This document shows, one piece after another, positions 11,469 to 24,896 of a stretch of 63,910 nucleotides of DNA (the stretch's first letter is position 1; each line of letters begins with the position of its first letter). The position numbers were made by a program, and so were the translations under genes. Source of the DNA: Saprolegnia diclina VS20 (taxonomy: Eukaryota); assembly GCF_000281045.1 (NCBI RefSeq), contig NW_008246070.1, positions 452,048 to 515,957 on the forward strand. Reading direction: 5' to 3'. The notes beneath the pieces were generated by a model. It did no database searches. It worked only from the letters and a program-made list of their open reading frames with translations, and had not been told where the DNA came from.

Positions 11469-12245
11469 ATGTTGTCGCGCCTCGTAGCTTCTGCCGCGCG
11501 CCGGGCGCCCGCGGCCCGCGCCATGAGCGGCGGCGCCATCTCGCAGCACCGGGACACGCCCGACAACACGAAGGAGACGCCGTTCGACTTTAGCGAGGAG
11601 AACTACGTCAAGGTGCATGCGATCCTGTCGCGGTACCCGGAGAACTACAAGGCGTCGGCGATCATCCCGCTGCTCGACCTCGCCCAGCGCCAGCACGGCG
11701 GGTGGCTCCCGCTTGCGGCCATGAACAAGGTCGCGCGCATCACGGAGGTCAAGCCCATCCAGGTGTACGAGGTCGCGACCTTTTACACCATGTTCAACCG
11801 CGAGAAGGTCGGCAAGTACTTTATCCAGCTCTGCGGCACGACGCCGTGCATGATTTGCGGCTCGGAAGAGATCAAGAAGACGATCGAGTCGCACCTTGGC
11901 ATCAAGGAGGGCGAGACGACGGCCGACGACCTCTTTACGCTCCGCGAAGTCGAGTGCCTCGGCGCGTGCGCCAACGCGCCCATGGTGCAGATCAACGACG
12001 ACTTTTACGAAAACTTGACGCCGCAGACGACGCGCGAGCTCCTCGACGCGTGCAAGGCGGGCAAGGCGCCGGTCATGAACAAGTGGGGCTCGCTCCCGAT
12101 GAACGGCCAGCTCTCGTGCGAAGGCCCGCAGGGCAAGACGACGCTCAAGTGGGAGCACCCGCCGGCCGGCTTCAAGATGCGCCCCGACTCGGACCTCGTG
12201 CCCAAGGTCGACCCCAAGACGATCAAGGAAGAAATGTTGTACTAG
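11469..12245 (+). CDS. NDUFV2: NADH dehydrogenase 24 kDa flavoprotein subunit 2, mitochondrial
   Basis: Presequence [39 protein letters not shown]; 2Fe-2S ligands in CGTTPC and [10 protein letters not shown]. Confidence 0.97.
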   Translation: MLSRLVASAARRAPAARAMSGGAISQHRDTPDNTKETPFDFSEENYVKVHAILSRYPENYKASAIIPLLDLAQRQHGGWLPLAAMNKVARITEVKPIQVYEVATFYTMFNREKVGKYFIQLCGTTPCMICGSEEIKKTIESHLGIKEGETTADDLFTLREVECLGACANAPMVQINDDFYENLTPQTTRELLDACKAGKAPVMNKWGSLPMNGQLSCEGPQGKTTLKWEHPPAGFKMRPDSDLVPKVDPKTIKEEMLY

Positions 12246-12407
12246 GCGTATGAGATAGAACCGCGCGTCCAAATATATAAGTCGGAGCCAACGATCGTAC
12301 GTTGTTGTCCTTGCCGTCAACGTCCTCACTGCGTCTGTCCCATGCATGACATACACGTAATGGCCCATGTACAGGGAGAAGAAGAGAAGGCGTGTTGCAC
12401 GCAGATA

Positions 12408-13825
12408 TTACTTCTTCTTGGCGGCCGCCTTTTGCATCTTGACGGCCTGGTGGTTGACCTTGGCGTCCTGAACGAACGGGAGGAAGGTGACGCCGCCCAT
12501 GAACGGGACGAGCACGTCCGGGACGCGGACACCTTCGGGCGTCTGGTTGTTCTCCAAGATGCAGCAGATCGTGCGCGTCGTCGCGCAGAGCGTCGCGTTG
12601 AGCAGGTGCACGTACTTCTTCTCGGTCTGGTTCATCTTCTTGACGCCGCAGCGGATCTCCATCGCGCGCGCCTGGTAGTCGGTGCAGTTGGAGGCCGAGA
12701 CGAGCTCACGGAACTCGGCGTAGGCCGGGAACCACGCTTCCAAGTCGTACTTCTTGGTCGCTGCGTTGTTGAGCTCGCCCGAGACGATGTTGATGACGCG
12801 GTACGGGAGGCCGAGTGACTGGTAGAACGCCTCGGCAGTCGAGATCATCTCCTGGAGCATCTCGTCCGACTTCTCCGGCTCGCACAAGACGAACTGCTCG
12901 ACCTTCTCGAACTGGTGCACGCGGAAGATACCCCACGTGTCCTTGCCGTGCGACCCCGCTTCCTTGCGAAAGCACGTCGACGAACCCGCATACCGGATCG
13001 GGAGCGACGACTCGGTGATCCATTCATCTACGTGCGCATGTTGGCCTCGTTGGATCAGCTTTAGAGCATACCCTTGTGGAAGCCGCACATGGGCTGCTCC
13101 GACGTCGCAATGAGGTACTTTTCGTCCGAGGGATCGGCGCCCGTGACCTTGTAGAGAGCTTCGTCAAACTCCGAGAGCTGCGCGACGCCCGCCATGACTT
13201 CCTTGCTCATAAAGTACGGGGGCTGGAGCAGCGTGTACTTGCGGTTCATAAGGAACGCCTGGCCGTACATGATCAACGCCTGGTTGAGCATGACACCGTA
13301 GCCCTTGAGGAAGTACGCGCGGTGGCCGGCGACAGCGACGCCCTTCTCCGGCTCGTAGCCGTCAATGCGGTGGAGCACTTCGTGGTGGAAGTGGAGCGCG
13401 TCGTCGTGGGGGCGGCACGCGCCCCACGTAGCAACAACTTCGTTGTCGTCTTCGTTCTGCGAGACGGGCACCGTCGGGTCGACGAGGTTGCCAATCTTGC
13501 TGAGCTCGCGATCGACGACGAGCTTGAGGGCGTCGACCTCGGCCTTGGCAGCCGGCTCCGAGGCCGCCAAGTCCTTGCGCTTCTGGATGAGCGGCTGGGC
13601 CTCGGCCTGCTTCTTGGCCTTGATGAGGTCCTTGATCTGCGCCTGGAGCGCGTTGATGTTCATCTTCGTCGTCTCCCACTCGCCGGTCTTCTTGCGCCAC
13701 TCCTCATCGAGGGCGATGACCTGGTCCACGAGGTCGACGCTGGCGAAGCGCTTCTTCTGGCTCTCGCGGACGATGTCGGGGTTGCCACCGCGCTCGACGC
13801 GGAGTTGGTTGATGTCAATGGGCAT
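12408..13825 (-). CDS. SARS1: Cytosolic seryl-tRNA synthetase, 2 exons
   Basis: [19 protein letters not shown], motif 2 [52 protein letters not shown]. Confidence 0.97.
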
Positions 13826-13900
13826 GATGCGGCTGGACCGAAGGAAGCGACTGCAAGACTGGAACCCGACTCCACGCCAGCGAAAACCCCAGGATTTCGA

Positions 13901-13929
13901 CCAATCACAGCGCGTCAAATGTAGCCAAT
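13901..13929. promoter_or_regulatory. Tandem CCAAT boxes upstream of SerRS
   Basis: CCAATCACAGCGC at 13901 and CCAATCAC at 13925, about 75-105 nt upstream of the SerRS ATG. Confidence 0.6.
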
Positions 13930-16325
13930 CACACCCCGCGCCCATCGACCTCGGCCACGTGCAGAGACTTCCTGTGGTCCTCTCGCGGTTCGCGGGGCCG
14001 GCTCTGGGAGTGTACGACGTGGTGTCGTCCGTCGACACACCGCAGGAAGAACGACATGAGCGTACTGCAAAACGACTAACGTAGTACGTTTGCTATAAAC
14101 TACATGGATTCTACGTCGACTAATCCAATCGGGCTGTGTACTACTAACGTTAGTACGACATGTCGTAGTGCAAAGTGGCGTCGTCGCCGACTGCGTTCGG
14201 AGGCCGTGGGAGTCCTTTGGGAGGCAACGCCAGTGAGTTGCATCCACGCGATTTGATGTTTGATTGGGATGTGCGCCAATCACAGTGCCGGATCTTGAGG
14301 AGCCAATGGGCGCGTCGCGATCCTCCACCCGACGCGGTGGTTTGGGAGGAAGAAAAAGGCCAGTGGCGCCGGTTCCGACGCTGGCGTACATGTACCTGCT
14401 GCATGGTAGGCTGGTCCGTGAGTAAAGGCGGGTCGAGGTTATGTTGCGCGGCGACATCACGGTGGCGCCAGAGGTCGGAGCGTAGACGAGGAAGGTCTGT
14501 AGGATTTCACTTGGCCATGTCGCTGCGCGCAACACAACAAGCAAGCAACCTTGACCCGATCTTCTATCACTTTTTAAAAGATCGCGTTGATAGATTCAAA
14601 GCAACCCTGGTTTCGCAGCGTATTTCGCAGAAATGTAATCCGATTCATGAGCCACCTGCCGTGCACACGCCGTCGGAGCCATAAAAGGCCCGAGGCGCAG
14701 CGCGGTAGCTTGGTGTTGCTGTAGTGTTTATGCTCACACTTGCACAGCCTGCTCCAACTTGAATGCAACTGAGCGGACCTGGCGTACGCCTCAAGCCCGC
14801 GGTGCTAGATTCGACGACGATTCCGTTTCTATAGCGTCACACAAGAAGCATCATCGTGGATGCTGCCGTGGCCGCAGTGCCGTTGTCGATGCCATCGCAC
14901 CTCTACGACTTGGGTCGAGAGCCACCGTAAGCTCAGTCGCCGATCGCCATCAGCTCGTAAAGCGTGATCTTCTTCGTCGTCGAGGGTGGCAAAGGTTGGT
15001 TCGTGATGTCTACGTACGCACGTGTGTGCAGCTTCCTCCGAGACCACCATCATCCCCTCGTATACGATCCATTGCTACTATTAGCGGTGAGCGGCCGCGA
15101 GCATTCTCACTCGACCTCATGTTGGTCCCACCAACATCGATCGTATCTCTGTCGCAATGTACAGTGCATAAACGGAAGATCTAGAACGTTGTCAAAAACT
15201 ATAAATTAATTAAAATATCACAACTCATTCCTCAAGTGCAAAGTGCATTTGTCCACCAAAGCGCGGATGGAGAGCAGTGTGGACGCGCGGCGACCAAGTG
15301 CAACCATATGTCGTCCTCTGGACGTCAAGCGAGATTCCCCCAACTGGTACGAATAAAATCGAACCGCGCCTTTGGCTGCTCGTCAGCTGCAGTGAAAACC
15401 AACGACGTCGACCGACCCAACAAATGCACGCGTAGCCGCCATCTCTCGGTCATCGTGGCCGGCGGCTCGCGTTTTGCTATTCCGTGTGCATACCGCCGAG
15501 ACGCAAGGGCCGCACGTTTCGACGTGTCCCACACATCGCGACACCGCGCTTGGTCTGAAACGACAACTCGCTGCAGTGCCATACCATCCCACACAAAAGC
15601 TTTGCACGTCGACATCTCCGGCTGCACTAGGTTTCAAGTGCTAGTACGGCAACTTCTTGGGCAGTAGATCAGACGTGCGCCGTAGAGAGGCTACACGTGG
15701 CGGCGCCACGCAAGCGGTGAGATTCCTGGGTTTTCCCGGGCCTTGAAACGGATAGTAGCTTTCTTTTCGTCGTTCTTGAATGGGGTGGGACACCGAGGCC
15801 CGTGTGTGCTGGCACTGACCACATACACCTAGCTACGTCCGCCCGAGATCGAGGCGGCGCCTCCTGTTGATTTCGCACCAGGCAAGCGGGCCACATGGTA
15901 CCAGCTAGCGTTGTCGAGCCGATCCATGTGGAAGTACGATGGTCGCCTATATCGCAATACAATAGAGCGGACGAGGCTATTGAATGGTTCTACCGGTACC
16001 GTACTCGTTGAAGCACGCCAGCGTCTCGGTACGAAGCATGAGTAGCACCTTTGTGGCCGCTTGCGCTTCAACTCGGTCGCGTTGAGTACAAATAAAATGC
16101 ATGGGAGGATACCGATGAAAAATGGAATGATATTTTCACGATGGCACCAAACTGATTCGGCGATCGCATACTGAATTCCAGTTATTCGGTACCTCGACGG
16201 CCGCACGGGCAATAAAAAGACGACGTAATTTAATGAAATCGGTTGCGCGCCGGGTGCCATTGCGGGAAAGCTGCTGCATCTTCTTCATCGTCTCGCGATT
16301 GCCATTTTCCATTTTGCCTCTTGCC

Positions 16326-17399
16326 ATGCAGTCGTCGTCGTCGTCACCATACCAGCTCCACATCCAGCTGCCGTCGCCGCACCACGCCAACTACATGCAG
16401 CAGCAGCACATGTACCAGTGCATGCCGGGCACGCCGACGCCGTCCGAGGCCGTCGACTCGGGCATGTCGGGCGACGAGTCGCCGTCCGAGTCGCGCAAGG
16501 CCCGCGAAATGGCACCGTTCTTGCGCAACCTCCGCAACATGCTCGAGCGCGAAAACCCCGAAGTGCTGCGCTGGTCCAAGGACGGCACGGCGTTCGAGAT
16601 CCACGACATGGACGAGATGATGAACACGGTGCTGCCCAAGTACTTCAAGCACAAGAAGTACACGTCGTTCCAGCGCCAGCTCAACTACTTCAACTTTAAA
16701 AAGTGGACCAAGAGCCGCGCCAACGTGTGCACGTTCAGCAACGAGTACTTTACGCGCCACGAGCCGTACCGGAGCACGCTCATTACACGCAAGAAGAGCA
16801 TGAGCTCGCAAAAGGAGGCGCTCGCGGCCGACGATGACCACCACCACCACCACGAAGAGAAGGTGCTCTCGCGCAAGAACTCGTCGCACCGCCTTCCGCG
16901 CACGCCGAGCAGCAGCTGCAGCACGCCGACCAACTACTACTCGTGCGACTCGCCGGTCGCAATCAAGAAGGAGCACCTCGTCATCACGAACGGCAGCCTC
17001 GACTCGAGCTTCAACTCGATGAGCCTCCACAAGCAAAAGGCCGCGGCCATGTGCCAAAAGGTATCGATGGACTGCTACGCGTCGCCGTACGAGAACAAGC
17101 ACTTGACGCGCGTCATGGGCAAGAAGCCGGCGCCGCAGCGCGTCATGGCCGAGGACCTCACGGCCATGCACGACGATCTCGACTGGATCGCCGACAGCGA
17201 CCTCGAGAACATCCGCGACTCGGTCACGAGCCTCACGAGCACACACTCGGGCGGCGAATGGGACGACAACGACATGAACTGGGTTGATCTCCTCCCTTAC
17301 AACGACCCGTCGGCCTTCGAGTCGGGCAGCGACCAGTACATGCGCCAGCACTTTGTGCCTGTCAACGGGATGGGCTACCACTACGCCGCCACGATCTAG
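16326..17399 (+). CDS. HSF-type DNA-binding domain transcription factor
   Basis: PFLRNLRNML, VLRWSKDGTAFEI, VLPKYFKHKKYTSFQRQLNYFNFKK; His-run and acidic C-terminal region. Confidence 0.93.
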   Translation: MQSSSSSPYQLHIQLPSPHHANYMQQQHMYQCMPGTPTPSEAVDSGMSGDESPSESRKAREMAPFLRNLRNMLERENPEVLRWSKDGTAFEIHDMDEMMNTVLPKYFKHKKYTSFQRQLNYFNFKKWTKSRANVCTFSNEYFTRHEPYRSTLITRKKSMSSQKEALAADDDHHHHHEEKVLSRKNSSHRLPRTPSSSCSTPTNYYSCDSPVAIKKEHLVITNGSLDSSFNSMSLHKQKAAAMCQKVSMDCYASPYENKHLTRVMGKKPAPQRVMAEDLTAMHDDLDWIADSDLENIRDSVTSLTSTHSGGEWDDNDMNWVDLLPYNDPSAFESGSDQYMRQHFVPVNGMGYHYAATI

Positions 17400-20303
17400 A
17401 CTAGCGCTTTGGTCCGCCGAGTGGACTGTATTTAATGAACCCAACCTGAATTTTGACACAATATGCGAGAGTCGACGGCGACTGCGACAGCGGCAAGAGG
17501 CGCGAGCGACCTGGCTTTTATGCAACCTTGCCGTGCCCATCCTCCCTGGTCCGCCATTCTCGCCCGACTGGCCACTACTGCGCACGTGCCTGCCCACATA
17601 CAACATGGGCGTGGGACGATACGCGCAGCTGGCAGACCAACGGCGGTGCCACGTCAGCGCCAGTCTCTTGTTCGTTGGGTGGCGCGAATGCGATGACGCA
17701 TGCCGCTGCTGGACGGTCCCACATGCGGGCTGCGTAATCGAACTGAGATGCTCGCCGTGCGACCACACGAGTGGCTGGTCCGACAGGCGACCTCGTGTAC
17801 GACCACCCTTTTCGGCGTATACATCGCGCCATTAAATGATTCGAACGCAGCGCGGGTAGCCAGGACCGCACGATCGCAGCCGGGGGCGATAGCTACTCCT
17901 CCCTAAGTTCCAACTAAATGTCGCCCATCCTACTACACTCTACCTACCGTAATTCAAAAGCCGAGATACTTTTCCTGTCGTCTGTCGTCCACGCCACCCA
18001 TCAAAGCCCTTTCTCGAGAGGCAACGTTGATGGTCCTTGCCTGCTCCGTCGTGAAACCCTCCTTGTTAGGGCTGGGTCTAGTCATCCTCGCTGGCGCTGG
18101 CGCTTCCTCCCAAGGGCAGGCTGGGCAATGTCGTTCGATCACTGACGACGACGTCGTCTTGTGCCTGTCTATGCCCACTGCAAGCAAAGACATGCACGAC
18201 GGTGTACATGGGAGCAGCGCGACGACCTCACGACAGACGCGAGGTGGTTTCAACCGGTACTGCAAGTAGTGAAAAAAGAAGCCGCCGATTCAAGTAGCTC
18301 CGTAGCCGGCAAGCCAGTGACGTTGGTGCTCGAATGCGCTATCAGCTTTGTGTCGGGCTGGGTTGAATACCGGTACCATTCATTTTGTGCGTGCCTCGTA
18401 CTGCGGGCGATTGCCCAGGCGACGGATTGGCTTGCGTGTTTTTGTCGAGGCGCCAGAATCAAAAACTCGACGGGGTTTTGGTGCACGGCTTTCGCCTTCT
18501 TCCCGTTCGCCGTGTCTTCCCGTTCTTCGTGGGCAGCCGCCCACACCTTGTACAACGTTGAATGCTGCGGTTGAAAGGGTTTTGGCTTCTTTCATCGTAA
18601 ACTCGCGCATCAAGTCTCCTGCAACATACCGACGTGGTAAAGCATTCTTGACTTTAAACTCTGTGTATTGGTGTACTCTGGGGGTGAGTACCAGTACGCT
18701 GCTTGCCTGCTTGCACTTGCGTTTACCCGCGCCACTCGGCCGAACCCGGGGTGCAGTGCGTTCGTGCAACTTCCGACTTTTGTCCCCAGCGCCACCCTAC
18801 ATGACGTTTCTCAACGTGGTGGTTCAGGGAGTGCATCGCCTTGCTGGTCAATGCCTCTGGTAGAGCCAAGCCACACTGCTCGCACAGGCACTAAGAACTG
18901 AGAAGTGATTCGGGTGGGCTTGAACGCAAGGACAATAAGGTGATCATCTTATTGATCTCGATTGAGCGGAACATGACACAAGGCAAAGTGGGAGACAACA
19001 TTGCTATTGGCCATATCTGTCGCCTCAACGAGATCAGGGTTTGCCGAGGTGAGCTCCACAGCTTGATGAACGGAGCCTGCACGTCGCCCAAACCATTCGT
19101 GGCGCCTGGTTGGTTCGAAGTGGAGCGCCAGTGATCGAGTTCTCTCGCCTCTTGACACGGAGCCCATGACGCAATTTGCTCAGTGAAATGTTCTTTCTTT
19201 TGCTGCGAGGCCCACGGTCAGCCGACCGGAACTTGAAACCTTCCGCGCAAACCGAGGCTGCTCTCGCTCAGGTGGGCCCCCGTTTTCTTGCCTCACTGAA
19301 GTAACGGCTTGGAATCACATATTGTTGTGCACTCCAGCCTCGACACTGTGTTGAACTCGCATATCCAAATCGAAAAGTGGGCTCATGCGCCGCCGCGAGG
19401 TCTAGAACGAGACCGCACAAAAGCCACGCATATTCGTTCCTGCTGGCTAGCCTTCGCTGGATACATAAACTATACTGCGATGCGGGCATCTCGTAACCTC
19501 CACTTCGTCCTTGGCCAGCAGCTTGACTGTGCCAGGCGGGCTCGTATCGTAATCGACACCATCGTTGCGTCACCAGATCTGAACACTGGCAATCGGAGCA
19601 ACGACCAAATGAACGTTGCGCTCGGTGTTCTACCTGCGAGAAGACACACATTGACTTGGACACCAAACAGGTTCTCTTCTGCAGGGAGTCTTCATACTCG
19701 TCGCAACCAGTCGGTCGGCTGCAGTGTATACCAAGGGAAATGACACTCGATTGTTCACACAACTTTCGCCAACCACGTACATATAGTAAGGTTGTCTGCG
19801 ATGCTGGTCGCGGTAGATGTGGTGGCAGTGACGGTTCTCCATCGAGCATTGAGAAACCAGTGCTGCTTGCATGTGTGGGTTGTCTGTGGCGTCGCCGCGT
19901 TGGCTCTTGCAGACTCGCAGCACCACAAATGGCAGAGCTCAGCTCAGACCCTGCGTGACCACCTGCATTTATTAGTACAAAGGAGTAGCCACCTACGAGG
20001 ACTTGCAACGACCGATGCGGTGCGGCCTCCGCGCACAACGGCAACGCATTCGCGGACGTGGCACCCCTGGCCGGCGTTGGCGCCATGGTATCCGGTTATC
20101 CGGATAAAGGTCGCGCGTGGATTGGCTACGCCGCAGCGAATCGGGCGCGTTTGGGCTGTGCACCAATGAAATGGCGAAACGAGGGATAGGGGTACCGCGA
20201 CGGTGTTTATCTAGGAATTTGTATGTGGTGGCCTTGGTGGCTGGTGGGCGCTTGTTTGCATCGCCATTTCGGCGGAGTCTCATTTTCGAGAAAAGCTACA
20301 AGC

Positions 20304-20624
20304 ATGACTGTGAAGCGTCGCAACCACGGTAGAAACAAGAAGGGTCGTGGCCACGTCAAGCGCGTCCACTGCGTCTCGACGGCCAAGCTCATCCCCAAGG
20401 ACAAGGCCATCAAGCGCTTCGTCGTCCGCAACATGGTCGATGCTTCGGCCATGCGTGACTTGAAGGAAGCCTCGGTCTACGAGTCGTACGCTCTCCCCAA
20501 GATCTACATCAAGAACTACTACTCGATCGAAGCCGCGATCCACCAGCGTATCGTCCGCGTGCGCTCGGTCGATGGCCGCAAGAACCGTGAGCCGCCGGCC
20601 CGTTTCCGCCCTAAGCGCGTCTAA
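20304..20624 (+). CDS. RPS26: 40S ribosomal protein eS26
   Basis: [53 protein letters not shown]. Confidence 0.97.
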   Translation: MTVKRRNHGRNKKGRGHVKRVHCVSTAKLIPKDKAIKRFVVRNMVDASAMRDLKEASVYESYALPKIYIKNYYSIEAAIHQRIVRVRSVDGRKNREPPARFRPKRV

Positions 20625-21467
20625 ATCTAGCAAGGTTTGGCGTATTGGCTTGCTGCTGTCTTGCGCAACATCACGTGTGGTACGCTCCCATCTTGCTACG
20701 AGGTGCTATGTAGCTCGGGCACCTCGCTCGGCTTAATATAACAATCGAAGGCTTTTCTCCTGATCACGACTCGCGTCTTGGCCACCATAGGTACCTGCGA
20801 CCATCATGACTTTAGGACTTGCTACTACACGCCTCACCGTGCGCATTCGCCGCAGCCCTGGAGCGCCACAGCCACTCCCATGGTCTGCATCCGTTGATCG
20901 CTCGTCGCGGTTCAGACACGCCGGCGTTCGCTATGTTGTTGACCACCTGCGATAACCGACTTTGCGGTGCGCTAGTGCCTGCGCACGTGGAGGAGGCCCA
21001 CACGAGTACTGCTGTACCGTGGCGGCCTGCGCCAACGCACGCAAAGGTTCTTAGGCTGTAGGGCTTCTGTTGCCAAGAAGCAGCTCAGCACGCAATAGTA
21101 CAATCACCTGTGGCAACAGCAGCACGCAGCATCTTGCCTGGCAGCTTTGCCCGGCGAGCCAAGGTCAGGAGTTGCTAGCCGATATCAAAACCGTAGGCTC
21201 GCTCGCCGAAGAGAGCGCGCCTCATCTTCTTTCAGGTTCCACACAAACTGTAGCCGTTCCTAGGAGGTAGCCGCTCCCATATAGATAGATAGCTCTATGC
21301 ATGCACCGATATGCTGCCACAGCAACTCGGCTCGAGCTGAGCTGGGCGAGGTGCTGGGTGTGGTGTCCTTCTGGACGTTCTGGCCGCAAAAGTCCGAATT
21401 CTAGGAACCTAATTAGGACAGGAGTATTCTGCAGTTGGCACATTGAATTAGGACGTCACCAAAGGCC

Positions 21468-23268
21468 ATGAACAGCTCGGGCGATCGCATGTCCGCGTCG
21501 GACTTCCGCAAGAAGAAGGAGATCGACGAGGCGCGGAAGAATGGGACGCTCCCGCCCGAGAAGGACGCCGACGGCAACCTCATCAACCCGCATAACCCCG
21601 ACTACATCTCCAAGCGGCCATGGTACCTCGGGTCGTCAGGCCCGTCGCTGACGCATCAGATCAACCCGAAGAAGGACCAAGTGCTCTCGATGCAGGAGGC
21701 CGACCAGCTCAACGTCCGTGCGTTCAAGCAAACGACGACGCGCCGCAAGTTCCAGAAGGGCGCGTGCACCAACTGCGGCGCCATGACGCACAACGCCAAG
21801 GAGTGCGTTGAGCGGCCGCGCAAGGTGGGCGCATGGAAGACCAACAAGGACATTGCGCCGGACGAAGTCATCATTGACGTGCGCTCGGGGCAGTATGGCA
21901 AGCTCACGTTCGACGCCAAGCGCGACGCGTGGCTCGGCTACGACAACGACGAGCACCAAGCGACGATCGCGCGCTTCGAAAAGATGGAGGAAGCGCGCAA
22001 GCAGAAGCGGATTGAAGAGATGAACGAAGAGTTCAAGGACGACAACGACCAGAAGGGCGGCAAGACCAAGACAACGTCCGACTCGGACTCGGATTCGGAC
22101 GGCGAAGGCTCCGAGGACGAAGAATTCGTCGACAAGGAGGGCGGCCGCGTCATCGCTCAGCGCGTCTCGCGCCAAGGCGGCGTCGGTGGTGCAGAAATGA
22201 AGATCACGGTACACCCGTCCATCGCCCGACGCTTCTCCCATTCTCGCGTGTAGGCCCGCAACTTGCGTATTCGCGAAGACACGGCCAAGTACCTCCGCAA
22301 CTTGAACCCGAACTCGGCCTACTACGACCCCAAGACGCGCTCGATGCGTGACAACCCGAACCCCGACTTGAGCGCCGAAGACGCGGCCTTTATGGGCGAC
22401 AACTTTATTCGCGTACGTTGCCATCTGCGCTTCGACCGACCTCATTCGTCGTCCTTAGCATTCCGGCGATGCGGTCAAGCTCGCAAAAACGCAAATGTTT
22501 GCGTGGGAAGCCACCGAGCACGGCGTCGTCGCCGAAGGCCACTTGCACCCGCAGGCGACGCCGAGTGCGGCCGAGTTTATGCGGCAGCAGTACGAAGCCA
22601 AGAAGGCGGCGCTCGAGGCCGAGAAGCGCAAGGCCATCATCGACAAGTACGGCGAGCAGACCAAGGCGCCGTCCAAGGAGCTGCTTCTCGCGTCCACAGA
22701 GGCGTACGTCGAGTACTCGCGCGACGGCCGCGTCGTCAAGGGCATCGAGAAGGCGCCGGCCAAGTCCAAGTACATGGAAGACGTGTTGGAGAACAACCAT
22801 ACACAGATCTGGGGATCGTGGTACGACAAGGCAGCGCGCGCGTGGGGCTTTGCGTGCTGCCACTCGAAAGTGCGCAAGTCGTATTGCACAGGCGACGAGG
22901 GCAAGGCGGCTGCGATGGCGTCGGCAAAGGCGGCCGCCGCCCAAGAGCAAGTGCCGGTCAAGGAGCGCGAGATGCTCGTGCCGTCGACGAAGGAGTCGAC
23001 CTTTGCCCTCACGGCGCGCAGCGAGCTCTACGGCGAGAACACGGCTCCGACGCTCGACGACGAGAAGCTCAAGAGAGCCAAGGCCAAGGCCAAGAAGGCC
23101 AAGCGGGCCGAGGACGAGGCGGACGATGTGGCGTCCAAGAAGCGCAAGTACACGTCGATGCACCACGACGACGTGAGCGCGGAAGACATGGAGGTGTACC
23201 GCCTCGAGAAGAACAAGCGCGAGGACCCGATGGCCAACTTTGGCAATGATACGCTGTTACCAGAGTAG
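21468..23268 (+). CDS. SLU7: Pre-mRNA splicing factor Slu7, 3 exons
   Basis: [15 protein letters not shown], zinc knuckle [63 protein letters not shown]. Confidence 0.96.
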
Positions 23269-23317
23269 GTAGTTAGTAGTTGTAGTATTGTAATACTATG
23301 CAGGACGCTGGCGTTTC

Positions 23318-24370
23318 TTACTTCAACGGGAAGAGCTCGTCGAGCAAGCGCAGCGTGTCGTCGGGGCTCTTGACCGCGTGGCCGATCGTGCGGTCGTTCA
23401 CGAAGATCTCGTAGTCGTTGCCACCCTAGATGCATTAGCATGTGAGACCTCGTGAGGAAGGAAGGCTGCAGCGTACGAGGTGGGTCTTGTCGCCGAAAAA
23501 GTGGATCTCGTCGTAATCCGACGCGCTCAAGAAGCGGAGGCAGTACGTCTTGTCCCAGCCCTAGCACCCAGATCGCATGAGCATTGGCTGGCATGCACGA
23601 TGCGCGGTCGGAAACGTACGACGGGGAAGACGTCAAACGAGATCTAGAGCACATGCCGATGAGGCCATGGTTGATCGATGCGAGGAGAAAGTACCTGGCC
23701 GCCGATCGAGTACGTGAGGTTGTACTCGGGGAATTGCGTGCGGAGCACGTTGACCATCTTGGACCGGACCTGGTGGATGTGGTCGTACTGCTCAAAGTCG
23801 TCGCGCTCTTCCTGCGAGCAGTTGCGGCCGATGGGCGACACGTTGAGCATGCCCTGGCGGAACTCGATGAACGTGCCACGCTTGATCGGGATGTCGAGAT
23901 TCGCAATGTAGAGCAGCGTAAAGCTGATAAACTTGTTGAGCTTCTCGTTGCCAAGGAACTCCTTCAAGCTCTACGTCCACATAGCATGTGAGCGAGGTGG
24001 TGCAATAATGACGCATGTACCGTCTTGTTGATGAGCTTGCCATTGTGGTAGCCGACGAGGCCGTTCTCCGAGAAGCTGTAGTCGAACGCTTCCGTCACTA
24101 GCCGACGCATGCTGAGCCCATCATCCTGTATCCATGGCTATGCTGCTACCGTTCTCGCCGAGCTGCTCCTTTTGCTTGACGAGGTCCGAGCCGCCGACGA
24201 CGCCGATCGTGATCTGCGACTTGAGCTTGGCGATGCGGGCCGTCACGTCCGGCGTGACCACCTGATAGGCGCTTAGCACGACATGCATGTTGGAGCTCTA
24301 CCTTGCGGGCGGCCGTGAGCGTGCCATCGACGTCGAAGAGGGCGAGGATCCGGGCGTTGGCTTTGGCCAT
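23318..24370 (-). CDS. PMM: Eukaryotic phosphomannomutase (HAD family), multi-exon
   Basis: [76 protein letters not shown]. Confidence 0.96.
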
Positions 24371-24896
24371 GGTGGCGAAATGAAAGTGACCCCTGGTTGC
24401 TCACGGTGTGAATCGCACTTGGGCGAGATTCGTACTTGGCAGGACCTAGGGCTCGGGCTTGATCTGGATGACGTGGCCAATGGATTCATCATAGGATCGT
24501 TTTGGCTTCGACGCGCGGTCAAGATGGCCGCAAGAAGAAGCTCGCGACGGAGAGAAGCGGGGCTGGCAGCTAGCCACGTGGCTGTGTCAGGCCTGTGGCG
24601 AGGCCTGCGCTACATGCTCGGCGCACCAGTAGAACAACGCAGCAACAAAGCTGAGGCATCGCACACTAACTAACTAACTAATGCAGAATGACATCACTCT
24701 GGTCAGCCAAAGTGCTGGGCAAACGCAGTGTCAGCCATTGCCGAGGGCAAGACGAGTGCGTCGGCCATGGGCATGACCATGTCCATCGTTCATGTAGTGC
24801 TGGTGGATCGCAACGGTTCATTTTCGAGGGCCCCCACCCCGTCCCAGGACCTCGATTGGTGGCTTTGTAAGGGGTGGGGAGTCGAAAAAAGCCACC

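Noticed and set aside
15240..16250. Short ORFs upstream of the HSF gene
   Set aside because: No recognisable motif or clear codon bias; more likely regulatory or UTR sequence.
11250..17768. Long antisense or alternative-frame ORFs (11250..12368-, 13076..13924+, 16344..17768-; also 660..1316+, 4121..5065-, 57969..58796-)
   Set aside because: They mirror real genes. GC3-rich codon usage depletes stops on the opposite strand, and the translations have no motifs.
17950..20100. Long intergenic stretch with short ORFs (for example 18250..18769-) as a transposon or pseudogene relic
   Set aside because: No transposase, RT or integrase motif and no terminal repeats seen; a repeat-library search is needed.
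20800..21270. Weak TLDc-like resemblance in ORF 20819..21061
   Set aside because: Only a few residues match and the conserved FGG motifs are absent.
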